64,000 nt of DNA, taken from the NCBI GenBank assembly GCA_030704615.1, contig CM060732.1, positions 44,082,001-44,146,000 of the forward strand, given 5' to 3'. Below the pieces are notes generated by a model. It did no database searches. It had not been told where the DNA came from and saw nothing but the letters and a program-made list of their open reading frames with translations. Below are positions 40,873 through 53,727 of the stretch, one piece after another. Made by a program: the position numbers and the translations under genes. The stretch is from Takakia lepidozioides (taxonomy: Eukaryota > Plantae > Bryophyta). How positions within the stretch are numbered: position 1 is the stretch's first letter; each line of letters opens with the position of its first letter.

Positions 40873-43800
40873 ATGCCAATAACAACAGTCCAACAAGTGA
40901 TTGATCCAGAATGGGCGTTGTACGCACATCCAATACTTCAGCGAGGGGTGCCTTTTGTTCTTGTGGTACTCTCAGGATGGGGTGAGGGTAAGGAGGATGA
41001 CTATAATGCCATATACAAATCGAATTGTTTGAACATTAGGACGTTAAGAAATACATATCCCTTCCGGTGGCGCACTCTTAAGGCCCATGGAGACGCAGTG
41101 GGACTTCCAAGCGAGAGTGATATGGGCCATGGTGAGGTGGGCAACAATGCAATGGGTTGTGGTAAAGTCACTATACAGAGGTGGGTCTTTGTATTTTACT
41201 AAGACCAACATTCACAAGACCATGATCACAAGCAGTTTATGAGTGCAAAACTTGTCTCCACATATGTCTCAATTTAATAAAATATATGTATGACAAATTG
41301 GAATGTATTTTTCCCATTTTTTATGTGCATGATCATCAAATTTGCACGTCAGTAATCATAAGTGGTCTCCTTTTGTATTAGAACCTTATCTTTATCTATT
41401 TTTTCAGATGAAAAACAAAAACAATATACATATATATATTATTTTTGTTCATTCCATTGGCATTGGTATAGCATCCTTCAGCATTAAGAAGCCAATGATG
41501 GAATTTGAAATTTATACAGGGCAGCTTTAGTGGATGAGGCGATAGCTAATGGAGAGATTATTGAGAGCAAGGGATGGCTTTATGCAAGGGATGCATGGGT
41601 TCATGGTGGAACACTTCATTTCATCGGTCTCCTGAGTGATGGTGGAGTGCATTCAAAGTATGATCAACTCGCATATTTGTTGCGTACTGCTGCCGACCAC
41701 TGTTGTAAGAAGATCCGAGTCCATGTTATAACTGATGGAAGAGATGTTGCCGAGGGTTCAAGTTTCAAATTTATAGAACAATTAGAGAAGGATTTGGAAA
41801 ATCTTCGAAAGTATGGTTGCGATGCTAGAATTGCTTCTGGTGGTGGACGCATGTTTGTAACCATGGACCGTTACGAGGTATATGACACATTTTGTTATAC
41901 CCCATATCCAATGTTTATACAATAAATTCTATTTCCTATGTTGAGATGTATTGTCACATATTCAAGATGTACCATTTACATTTAATTTACAGAGCGCCCA
42001 ACTAAGATTAGGTATTGATTGTTCTTCAATCAAATGCCATGATCAGATACTAACTTCCCCAAATATATGAATGTCAACAATATACATAATGTTTATGACA
42101 GGCTGATTGGAGGATTGTGAGGCGTGGGTGGTATGCCCATGTATTGGGAGACTCACCTTACAAATTTCGGAGTGCTACAGAGGCTCTTACACAATTGAAA
42201 AAAGCTGACCCAAAAGTGAATGACCAATTTTATCCTCCCTTTGTCATCATAGATAAGGAAAGAAAGCCATGGGGGCCCATTGAAGATGAAGACATTGTGA
42301 TCAACTTCAACTTTCGTAGTGATCGTATGATCCAAATAAGCCAAGCATTTTTGGACGAAGATTTCAACAAGTTTGATCGTGTCAGATGGCCCAATATCCG
42401 ATATGTAGCTTTGATGCAATATGATCTTGACACAGAATTACCAGTGCATTACTTGGTTGCACCTCCTCTTATTGACAAACTTGCTGGAAAATATCTAGCT
42501 GCAAATGGTATCCGGACAATTGCTATTAGGTATGTGTTGGATTCAAATACCATGGGCTAAAAAATTGATTACTATATGATCCGGCTGTTGCGTTGTGTTT
42601 TTTTTTCCTTTTCTCACACAACTGTATAATATGTATTGTAAATAATATTAATGTTGAACTTTAAAAATTTCATGTTATAAATGGAATAGCAACAACGACT
42701 AATAATCAACTTTAATAGCTTCAACCAAATATGAAATAGTTACGCATAAAAGTATCGCAACAAGATGCTAGTAATGAGTGGTCGACTTGTGATGGTTATA
42801 CGTTAAAAATATTGGATCACACCCTATATTGTTATTTCGAATCTTATTTTTAAGGTGGCTTATACTATTACAGCTAGCGATCAATTGATCTTCATGAAAT
42901 GGATAGGCCTAGGCAACCACATTATAAATTTTGACTGTTAATGAGGGAAAAACTTGCAGTGAGTCGCAAAAAATGGGTCATATCACATTTTTTTGGAATG
43001 GGAACCGCTCAAACAAATTGAATTCGCGTTTGGAGACCTACCACGAGATTCAAAGTGAAAACATTAGATTCGACGAGGCCCCGGAGATGAGGACAGCTAC
43101 AATTGCACAAGTTGCCCATGATGCACTATTGTCTGGTTTGTATGATTTCGTGCTTGTCAATTTTGCCGGTGCTGATATGGTCGCACACACAGGAGACCTA
43201 GAAGCCACCAAGAGAGCATGTGAAGCCATTGATGAAGGAGTGAAGGTGAGCTAGTTGATCCAACTTGCATACCACTTTTATATTGCAATCTCATAGAGAT
43301 GACAAAGGGTCCATTGACAATATGATTTTTGTGAGGCTAGAACCTATTTTTCTGTAGGGCCCACCCCCCAAAGGAAGTAGTAGCCGCAAGGTGAAGTGGC
43401 TCTTAGTTACGCCAGCTTCGGCTGGAGTCTTCTCTCTCTCTCTAGAGGTGGACCAAGCGATCCCAAAAAAGGTCTTGCATGGGTAGCAACAACGTACCTA
43501 CCTACTAGATGGAATAAGATTTTTTGACATGCTACATTGTGGCCTCAATACACTCAACTTGATGTTTATACTGACACATGGGAGGGCAAAAGTGGTGAGG
43601 ATAATTACAAGTATATGTGTTTTTAAAAGGTAAATTGCTCATTTATGTAGGTCGGGCTTCCCAAGATAGATGCAAATCAAAGGGAAACAAAGTTTGTAAG
43701 TCTAATTGTCAGATAGCAATATGTTGCTTTGGTCGAGTTATTTCTTTATATTTTATAAGACATGAAGTTGGGTATTCACAGTTTATATTAGATGCTGTGG

Positions 43801-44410
43801 AATTGTGTGGGGGAATTTATTTGATCACATCGGACCATGGAAACGCCGATGACATGGCACAACGCCAAAAAGATGGAGAACCCGTGCTTGGTGAGAAAGG
43901 CAAAATTCTGACGAAAACAGCTAATTCGTTGGCGCCGGTACCATGTCACTTTAATTCTTTATCTTTGTATATATATATATTTTTCTCATCTCTCTCTCTA
44001 TATATTTCTCTTGTAGTTGTATGGATTTGTTTTGTTTTGGATCTTTGAAGTCTTATTTGCATATGACAAATTTCTTTTCCTTTCTTTGTGTTCCATAATA
44101 TTTTTCAAAAAAAAAGTTAAACACTCTAGTATTAAATAGCAGTATATATAAATTCCAACCACAATGTAATCAGGTTCCATGTGCAATCGGAGGACCAGGC
44201 GTGCCTCATTGCGTGAGGTTCCGTGATAATTTGCGCAATGCAGGTCTTGCCAATGTGACTGCTACCTATATGAATCTTCTGGGATTTGAAGCTCCTCCGT
44301 TCTACGAACCCTCTCTCCTCACATTCGACTGGGACGCATGGCGTTTTTCAGGAGTCCATGAAGAATTTGTCCCCCCTCAGGACATATTGAGAATTCTTAT
44401 AAAAAAATAA
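40873..44410 (+). CDS. iPGAM: 2,3-bisphosphoglycerate-independent phosphoglycerate mutase homologue, 6 exons, 590 aa, catalytic residues substituted
   Basis: Exons 40873-41180, 41520-41877, 42102-42529, 42960-43245, 43782-43937 and 44174-44410, all GT-AG and in phase (1773 nt). Motifs AHG.AVGLPS, GLLSDGGVHS, TDGRDV, ASGGGRM.VTMDRYE, NFRSDRM, DMVAHTG, DHGNA. Confidence 0.92.
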
Positions 44411-44999
44411 ATTTGACACATGAGTATGTGTATGTGTTATAAATTGAGTACAGTGAATATTACACATTAACACATTTTTCGTCCAATGGACTTTGTAACG
44501 ATCAAATGAAGGGTGTTTGTGGGATCAATTGCAGCTCAAACTGCAATGACACGTGTTGGACAAATGTATTTCATTGCATAATAATAATAACAGTATATGA
44601 CGCCTGCCGAAGAAAGCGTAAATTAGGTGAAGTTCCGATCAATGTTGCAAGAGCAACCGAGACGTGTAGATATGGCAATTGCTAAATTTGAACATGGGAA
44701 ACTAATTATTGACTTGATTTATAGAATATAATCATAACATGTGAAAACATCGAGGACAAATAATGATGCTTGGATGTAGCATTTAAACCCAGGTGGTTAC
44801 GAAGCATTGTCTTCCTTTATTAGCCTCTGTTGGTACTCTACTGAGGTTATTTTTTCCTCATATGTACTGCTGGGACAACTTGTCCCCCTTCTTTTATAGA
44901 TTTCAAGGGTGTCCATTCTTTTTTTCTATAAAAAATAAAAATAAAAATAAGAACCCCACAAATCATATCATCAAGTCAAAAATATTTCTCACATTAGAG

Positions 45000-46040
45000 T
45001 TCGTGCGAGAAATGGGTCAAGTTTTTTGGGTTGAGGATGTAAGCCACTCCGCGTCCTCCGCTGAGGGGTTTGGGACTTGACCAAATTGTGCTGGTCCCGA
45101 CTCACGAAGTACCCCGGATGCTCCTCCCCTATCATTCTCCTCTTCCTCCTGGTGGTGATTTTTCCTGTTCACTGTGTGAAGTCTGGCTTTCGTTCCTCTC
45201 ACCTACTGCATTTCATCTTCATCATGATTTCTGGAGGTTATTGATGTTCCGCCATCTCTAGCCCTTACGATTATGACCTTTCTCGCCACAACCTCTGGAC
45301 CTGGTTGAACGGTATTGGCAACGCTCCTGACAAATGCCTATTTGGCTTTCATTCTCCATTAAGCTTGCTGCCTCGGGTTTGATGTGACGGAAGGTGTCGG
45401 TGCGATTCCCATTTGCCCACCTATTTGATTCCTCGTGCCACATGCTTGTTTCCCATTTAGCAGTGCATTTGCTTCTTCCTCTTTGCTTGCTCCCCTCTCT
45501 TTCCTCATTGTCTACTTTCTTCTGGGTTGAAGTGTTCTGGATCTTATGGCCTTCTTTGTCTCCGCTGTTCCCTCAAGGGTTCAAAGGGACGAGCCCAGAA
45601 GGGTAGCCAAAGATCCCAGAGGTTTTAGGGGTTACATATGTCCCTGCTTGAGCCTTTCAAATAGAAGGGATCTCCGTGTGGGACCTGGCTTGCTGGGCAC
45701 TGGACCTTGCTTCTCTTTCTCCCCAACAGAGCCACGCAAGTCTGGAGTGAAGATGCGGGAGTTGTACTGGACGAATCTCAGCCCATCCTTAATCTGGATA
45801 GGGACATTATATATCTATTCTCAATCACACGCCGCTCTAGTGGAACAAGGTATCCTAGTACACTTCGAGTACGGGCTGCTCGAGATAGACTCTTTGCGCG
45901 CAAATGGGTGCTGGAGCACTTGGGTGCTGAGAGAGGACTTATAACCTCTCATTTTTGCCTTGCTCTTGGGCGCAACTTCTTTTGTATAATGTTCAACTCA
46001 GCCGAGAATGCTGCTAAGGCTCTGAAGTTCAAGGTAGGCT
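45000..46040 (+). mobile_element. Truncated LINE 5' region with ORF1 (DUF4283-like) remnant
   Basis: GILVHF..., RKWVLEHLGAERGL...LGRNFFCIMFNSAENAAKAL aligns with the remnant at 29880-30060. Confidence 0.5.
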
Positions 46041-46689
46041 TTCCCAATAAGAAATAAAGAAATAAAAATCCTGAATTTAAATACCTTAATTCCTATTTTC
46101 TGGCGATTTTCTAAGCATATAACTCCATCTAAACTAATTAACCAAGCTAGAAATTCACTAATTCTAGAAAAATAGGCATTAGGTAGGTATTGATCTAAGC
46201 TTTCCAATGACCTATGGCTCAGACTCTAGATAATTCCCTAACCCTTCATCTTGCCCAAAAACCATTCCTATGATTGCCCTACCCTACGTTGCTGTCAGAT
46301 TCGACACAAATTAAGTATATTTTGGGTTGTTGAAATTTAAGAATAACTCTATGTCTAAAAATCCAGAAATATTACATACTCAGTTTCTCCAAAAATAAGA
46401 AAATTTGGTGCTCGTGAACTGCTTGATCGTTGCATAGGGCGCGTGCAACCTCTAAAGATGAGGAGCTCGTATCGCAAGCTTGTATCGCAGGTGGCGAAAA
46501 ATTTCAATCCTAAACTGCCAAAACCCTGGAATATAAAATATGAGGTGCCGAATGGACTCAGCCTCCAAAAAATGATTATTTCGGCGCTGTGTTGTCGAAT
46601 CTGACACCAACGTACGATATACGTCAAAAAAACCCCCCTAGGCCCTTAATAAATAACACCCCCAGCCCCTAGGTCGAAGTTCAAACCCC

Positions 46690-46830
46690 TAGAGCTGGAC
46701 TGGTCATCCGCTGTTCATCCCTGCAATTGGATGAAAAAGTATATTTCTCATCCTATATTCATCCACCATTCATTCATCCCGTAGATGAAATATTGTTTAT
46801 TTCATCCGTCCATCATCCATCCAAAAAAGT
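46690..46830. repeat. Cluster of short CATCC/GGATG repeats, probably a DNA transposon subterminal region
   Basis: Repeated (T)CATCC motifs in both orientations within 140 bp. Confidence 0.4.
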
Positions 46831-48503
46831 CAACTCAACGACACATGCCGGTCACTCGGTCGTCTCTCTCCTTTGAAACCCCAATGATCCTTGGTTCAAA
46901 TTCCATGGACTTTCTTCCCTCTAATCTTCGCTGAGGTGTCTCGTGTTGCCCCGCAAAGCCGTGTCGGCCTCTATGAATTTCCTATGACTCTAAACGACGG
47001 CCCCGAGATGACCTTAGTAACCCCCTAAACTCAAGATCAGCCACTAAGATTTACCCTAAATGCACCATCTCCATATCCCATGCTATATTAATTCCCCTCA
47101 AGTAATTTAAAAGGTCACCCCCCATAATCTAGGAACCGTTGGGTAATACCAAGATGCCATTATCCAGAGGTCGCAGGGCCTGCCACACGCGCAGTGGCGC
47201 GGCACTACTGGCTCTGGCACGGGCCCTGCACCAAAATTGAGCAGTCCAAGCAAGCGGTCAAAGGCTGGGACCGGGGGTTCCGCCGGGATTTAGAAATCCC
47301 CACGTTTCTAAGCTGCTGCACAGCCCAATATCCGAGCGGACCTAGCGCCAGGCAACGCTCCCACTTCTCGTGGTCCGTGCTTAAGTACTTCACAATAGCC
47401 AAGGCTGGCTATAGCCTTGGGCATAATTGCCCATCATCATGGCTGACTTAATTTCCACCATGCCCGAACTCCCCCATAACATGCCAAAACTCTTTGGGGT
47501 TGTGCTAACACTTGTGGTTAGTCAAAAATTCACCTATTTCCCTAAGGAACAAGGTCCCCCAAGCTTCATATGAGCTATGGGGGCCTAAACTAAAGGCCCG
47601 TGTAGACCTATGGGTAGGGTTATGCTACTTAACACCCCGTCATCAGGCTCATTGGATAGCTATGAGTCCTCCTCTGAGGATGAGGATGAGGATGACTAGT
47701 CCTAGTCCATGTAGCGCGCATCAAGCAAGCAAGAATCAAAGATAATCTGTGCAATAATTGGGCCAGACACAATGATTGGGGACTTGGCAGTAGTATTTTG
47801 TAACCGTTTCATCTCCTCCACCAGACCATTGTACATCATCTCCGCCCAGGCTGCATCAAGACATGGACAAGACCCACTAGGGTCATTGTCAATTAAAGAC
47901 ATAAACAGCCCATGACAGGGCACCATCTAACGACAGGAGATTTGGTACTGTGGTTGCAGAAGAAGGGAAAGATTAAAGCTTCTAAGCTTCAGTCACCATG
48001 CCATTCACCAAAAGATAGGAATTGGTCATGGTTGAGGTGCCCGATTTTATCAACTGTGCCGCTGCAGCTGCGGCCTTTAGTTGACCATCTACCCATGGAG
48101 GTTTCTGGTAGCTATTGATCCACTAGTTCCTATGCTCAATTGCATCAGCTCAAAAGTTAATATTGGGGCCTTGGAGAGCTCGTCTTCAAGCGTAACACCC
48201 GCGTGACCTAACATCGACTGGTGAGCTAACAACGCCTCTACTCTTCACACCTGGTGGTTAGGGTTGTGATGTTACCACCTAATAGCACCTTAACACGAAC
48301 ATCATTCACACCTGGTGGTTATATATTATCTCTATTGTCTGTTATCTTTCTCAAGTGGTCCTCCTAAGTCACGACGTTGTATATGCTTCTGCATCGGTGC
48401 TTCGATCTGTGTATCTACGCTTTGATTTGTGTCAGCTGTGCTTCAACTTTGATCACCATGGATGTGAATGATGTAATGATGTGGTCTTTTTTTCTTATCC
48501 CTC

Positions 48504-49790
48504 ATGGAAGAAATGAGTCGGAATATGACAGAAATCCCTCACACTACAGCGCCAATCTTTTTTACCGATTCCAGTATTGAAGCGCAGACTCAAATAGTGC
48601 AATTTCTCCTTGCATCCTCAACACTACAAACCTACAGATTGTCTTGTAATCTTCTATCACTCCTCAATCCCGGATTGGGAGACTAGGTGGAACCACGGAG
48701 CACCACTTGGTTTTCCAGATTTCTGCTAACCGAATTTTACGAAGATCGTTGGATTCACAATTTTCGAATGTCGAAGTAGACTGTCTTCTACATTTGTGAT
48801 AAAGTAAGGCCTTTCATCAAGAAACAAGACACCAAGTACAGGGTTGCAATACCTGTGGAAATCAGAGTATGTTGTGCGCTTTTCAAGCTGGTTCAAGGAA
48901 CGAATCTTCTGTTGTGCAGCGAAATGTTTGAGATAGGGAGATCAATTGTATTTTTGGTCATACGAGAAGTGGTCTGTGCCATCAACGTGGTGTTTCAAAA
49001 TCAGATTGTATGGCCTACTGGAGCCTTACAAATGGTAATGGACGAGTTCAAAGAGTGGTGTGGACTGCCAAGTATCCATGGGGGCATAGATGGTACACAA
49101 ATTGCAATAGCGAAACCCTCAGGACCATTCTCGGAAGACTACTATTACCAAAAATCGGGTGGATACTCAATTGTAGCACAAGCTGTAGTGGATAGGAACA
49201 AAAGGTTCACAGACATCTGTATTGGATTACCAGTAAGTGTAAATGATGGTAGAGTCCTCAGAAAATCCAGTCTCTACCGCAAAGCTCAATATGATGAGTT
49301 ATTTCATAGCAACAGAGGATCTCAAGATGGCATTGAACCATATCTGCTTGGGGATAAATGCTACCCGAACATCAGCTGGATGATGACCCCTCACAAGGAG
49401 GTCGGAAACCTTATTATTCTTCAGCGATTATACAGCAAAAAACACAAACGAGGAAGATCTGTCGTGGAAAATTCTTTTGCATTGCTTAAACAGACATTCA
49501 GGGAAATTTTGCACAAACCAACCTGCATGTTACCTTGGTCCCCGACGTGTTCGTTTGTTGTTGTATCCTTCATAATCTCATCAGGGATAGAAGGTCTGAT
49601 GATTTGGAAAGACCGATGAGAATAATTGAGATGGAAGTTCGGCAATTACCACAACCGATGGATCAGCCAGAGAGAGAAGAAGCAGTCGATGACAATCTTC
49701 AAGTAGGAAACGGTGGTATATAGGGGAGAGAATTATCGGGTGCAGCAAAACGCCAGGAATTGGCAGTGTATCTTGATCATCAATGTAGTT
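48504..49790 (+). pseudogene. Harbinger/HARBI1-like DDE transposase
   Basis: FRMSK, GGIDGTQI, GYSIVAQAVVD, VNDGRVL, YLLGDKCYP, RSVVENSFALLK; stop near 48777 and frameshift near 49515. Confidence 0.9.
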
Positions 49791-49939
49791 TGTTTTAAGG
49801 TTCGTGATCCTCAAACTAAATTTGAAAATGCAAAAGAAATGTCATCTTTGCAAGCGTTACTGGAAACTTGAAAAGAACCGTAGCTACTATGGGAAATTTT
49901 CACCTATGCATGTTTGCATGTAAAGAGATTATACTAACT

Positions 49940-51335
49940 CTATGTACGAGAATCTTCATCTGAAGATGTTCTTTCAGCTACTGGGTTATCACCTCTTGCA
50001 CGCTGGTTGCCTTTCATGAATGCTTGTCCCATTATCTTGGTCAAGTCACTGATCGCATTCACCATGCTATTCTGAGTATGGTTCACTTCTTTGTCGTGCA
50101 TCTTGAAATACTCCAGTTGAGTCTGAAGCATGAACTCCTGTGCTTTGCTCCGTTTCTCTTCAATCATCAAGTTTGTCGTATGTATGCGATCAATTGAAAC
50201 TCAACAAGGAGTTTGGAGCCTTTCTCGGTCGCCTCTACCATGGAGGAGTGGACTGATGAAGATTTCCGTTTTCTGCCGTATTTCCTACAGGTGCAGGAGG
50301 TGGAGTGGTTATGTGAGGCAGCGTAGCAACATTGCAGAAGAGTACTGGCACCCTGTGGCAAATGAGCGTTGATACCCTGAAGCAAAGATGCACTAGTACC
50401 CTAAGGCAAATGAGCATTAGGATTGTGCTGGGAGAGAACAAAATTGCGTTTCATAGGACTAGGCCCCACAGAGTCGGTAATGACGTTGTTGTCAGATTCC
50501 ATTCCAGGTAAGGAATTCACATCTTGTGTATCCGGCTCTGTCGACCCAGAAAGCTGAATAGGAATGTAGACTGTGTCTCCATCGTCCATCAAGTCTCGGG
50601 CATGAGGAGGTCTGAAAATTGGTCTTGCTCCCATGAACGCGTTCATCATGTCATAGAATTCTCAACTAAAGACTCTCGGGAGGTTCAATGAAGCTTTGTC
50701 ATGTGGAGATAAGTCCCAATATTCTGTATTACTACCAGTCCCATTTTGGTAGTCATTGACTTGCTTGAAATCTCCATAGATAGCACCCCACTTGTCCTTG
50801 CAAGATGCCCCATTCTGGGATGCACAGTAGAATTTCCATCGTTGTTCACCGCTACAACAATCTTCCTCCATTTAGAAACAGCGGATTCAAACTTGTCTCA
50901 CAGATCAACCTTGTACATAGCTTCCATATGCTCATCCTTCTTTGCCTTGATGAGAGAGACTATTTCAACGTACTCCCAGTTTGCCTGCCGGGGTTTCCTG
51001 GTCTTGATCTCTAGGGTTAAATCAGAATCGACATGACTCTTGCCTCTACCAGATGGTTTTGAAGCTCTGCGGCCTTGTGCAGTTCCCGTAGATGAGAGGA
51101 CTTGAGCACTGGGTCCAGAAGGATATGTACAGAACATTGAACAATTTCCAAATATGAACCCCATATCAACATGAATTCAACTCTGAATTGAAATATTGAA
51201 CTGTAAGCTTTGAAAAAAAAATGCTCAGGTGAATCTCATACTTGGTTCAACGTTCTCCTTGTTCTGGCCGTCCTCAAATGATTCAAGACCAATGTCGTCC
51301 AAGCTACCTGCAGACATGTTGTGCAAGCTGCTCAT
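49940..51335 (-). pseudogene. Harbinger Myb/SANT (trihelix-like) DNA-binding protein
   Basis: RQANWEYVEIVSLIKAKK, SCKDKWGAIYGDFKQV and YWDLSPHDKASLNLP plus a C-terminal coiled coil; stops and frameshifts. Confidence 0.8.
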
Positions 51336-52542
51336 GATCAAATCAAGTGAAATCATTGCCTAAAATGAGAAAGAACTAGAATGTGCAGTAGTTGGAAGTG
51401 TCCATATATTGGGTTTTGTGCTCAGTTACAGCTTGAGAAAAGAGAGAGAGACGAAGATATGAGAGGCGGGGAGATCAGATGAGAAGCGGGGGCGGGGAGA
51501 GACGGAGGCGGGTGCTAAGTTAATCTTTCATTTGCAGCGTTTTTAAAGTTATCACCAGATTTTGAATTGAAATTTTGATTTTATCTGCCACCCTGGTGTT
51601 ACGTAGCAAAATAGATATCACCGCGGTAACACAATTGCCAAGTAGGATCCACATCAGATTTGGTGGTACCACACACCGTAGGTCTAAACAGTCACATGTT
51701 AAGTTCCTGCGTACCACTGAGATACTAGTGATGTATCTTAATAGATTTAAGATCTGAAAATTGGGTTGGGTTGGTTTTTATATTTCCAGCGACATGGAAG
51801 AAGAAAAAAAATACTTTGGAAAAAAGATTCTTCCTCCCTAGCCTCCCTTGTTTCCTCTCTCTCATGGGAGAAATGGGGCTTAGTTGAGTGGACAAATTAG
51901 TGCTCAACCTAGTCGCTCTAGGCTTCACCATTTCCAACTTTTAATGACAAAACTAATCACAAATATTGACTCAAAGCTTGAACCTAGGCTAGTTTAGTCT
52001 TTGAAGTCAAGTGTTAGTAGTTCACCACAAAAAACACAAGAAGACCTAGTGGCCAACAACACAAAGGACTTCCCACCTTGTTAGCAATCCTCTAACTAGC
52101 TTTGTTAGAGACCATACAAGGTTAGTATCCTTCAATCCTCTCAAAACAACACCAAACAAACCCTTGGGCCTCTTGGCCACTAAGGGGGTTAGTCATCTCC
52201 TTTCCCAAAAGTTCCACCACCCTTTTGGTTAGTAGCTCTAGACAAGGGTTAGTACAAGGACTTGCAACAAAACAAAGCACAAAAGGATAAAACAAACAAA
52301 ATGGACAAAAGAACATGTCATGGTTTTAGTCATGGTTAACTAGAATTACCTACTTCTAGTTAAGAGAGCTCTTGAGTTACAAGACTTTGCAGAGGTGGAG
52401 AGCTTAAGGAGAGAGCTCTTGTATCACAAAGCTTGCATGGTTTTGCAAGGTAAGTGCTTGTATGTGCACTAAGGGTTTGAGAGATGAAGAAGGTGTTTCT
52501 TACTATACTCTACAAACCCTAGTCTCCATACTCTTCAAGAAA

Positions 52543-52719
52543 CTGTGTATGGGCTCCCTCTGCCCATCATACACTTTTGTGAACAGTGTATGGAACCCCT
52601 CTGCCCAACATACACTTTTGTGAACAGAGTATGGGCCCCCTCTGCCCAACATACGTTTTTGTGAAAAATGTATGGGCTCCATCTGCCCCACCGTACACTT
52701 TTGTCAACAGTGTATGGAT
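52543..52719 (+). repeat. Tandem ~41-bp repeat, about 4.3 copies, in the retrotransposon leader
   Basis: Unit CAGTGTATGGGCYCCCTCTGCCCAACATACACTTTTGTGAA with internal GTGTATG/CATACAC dyad. Confidence 0.85.
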
Positions 52720-53727
52720 ACAAGTGGAGAGACTCATACGTTTTCATTGAAAATGTATGACATCTAGGGTGTATCTGGAGGAGTATTGCCTTTGGAGGAT
52801 CTTTGGGGGGTCCTTTGAGGAGCTTTTGTAAGACACTTGAAGAGCTCTTGAAGGGGTGTTTGGAGGACTGTTTGGAGGACTATTGGGGGTCTTTGAAGAC
52901 CAATATTTGGCAAACATTTGGAGCTTTGGAGGGCTATTTGGAGGACTTTTTTGGGGTCCTTGGAGGCTAATATTTGGCGAGCTTAAGGAGTCTTTGGCAA
53001 CTTGTCTGAAGGACTTTTTGGGGTCCTTGAGGGCCAAGATTTGGCAGGCTTTGGGGGCCTTAGTGAGATTGTTTGAGAGACATCTTGAGGGCTCTTGGAG
53101 AGTTATTTGAGAGACCCAGGAAGGTAGTTATGTCTGTTGGTCATGAGCAAGAGCATTTAGAGATAGGGGGAGACTAGTGGGATGAGAGCATTCTACGATT
53201 AGGAATTGCTTTAGTCTCTCTTCCTCGTAGTCTTCCACCCTCTATGTAGGCCAAAACCTTTCCGTAGGTGGAGGCAAGAGTCAGTCCAGGTTTGGGCTGG
53301 GGTGTCCTTGCAAGAGCGATACTGTGGAGTGTTTTTTTTTGTGTGGGGGAGTTACTGTCTTGATTTTCTTGTGTTTGGATCCCCCTCACACCTGCATGCT
53401 TGACTGTGCGCCATGTCAGTTTTGTGTGGGCGCTTATTTTCATAGGAGGTTGGTCCGGATTTGATCACCGGCCAATCCTAGAGCATGCTGTCAGTGGTGA
53501 GGCTGGAATGATGACCAGTCAGACCACCATTGTTTCTCTTATGGTGAGGCTAGGTTGATGACCAACAGACCATATGAGTGTTTGCGGTGGATGCAAGTGC
53601 AGGTTTATGTTACGAACCTAGTAGTCTAAGCCATAAGCCGCAACAGGTTCTCTACCCGGTTACCTTGTGGAAAGGGGGATTAGAGACATGTTTACAACAG
53701 GTGTGGTTGTGAGTTTTCATCACGGAG

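Larger units (their letters stand above)
48180..51740. mobile_element. Decayed PIF/Harbinger transposon with convergent nuclease and Myb/SANT genes
   Basis: The two hallmark genes are present tail to tail. Boundaries are approximate because TIRs were not securely identified. Confidence 0.8.

Noticed and set aside
48191-51603. Harbinger TIR pair (CGTAACACC / GGTGTTACG)
   Set aside because: Only 9 bp and no TAA/TTA target duplication; too weak to fix boundaries.
52543-52719. CRISPR-like array
   Set aside because: Units are contiguous with no unique spacers, there are no cas genes, and the context is a eukaryotic retrotransposon.
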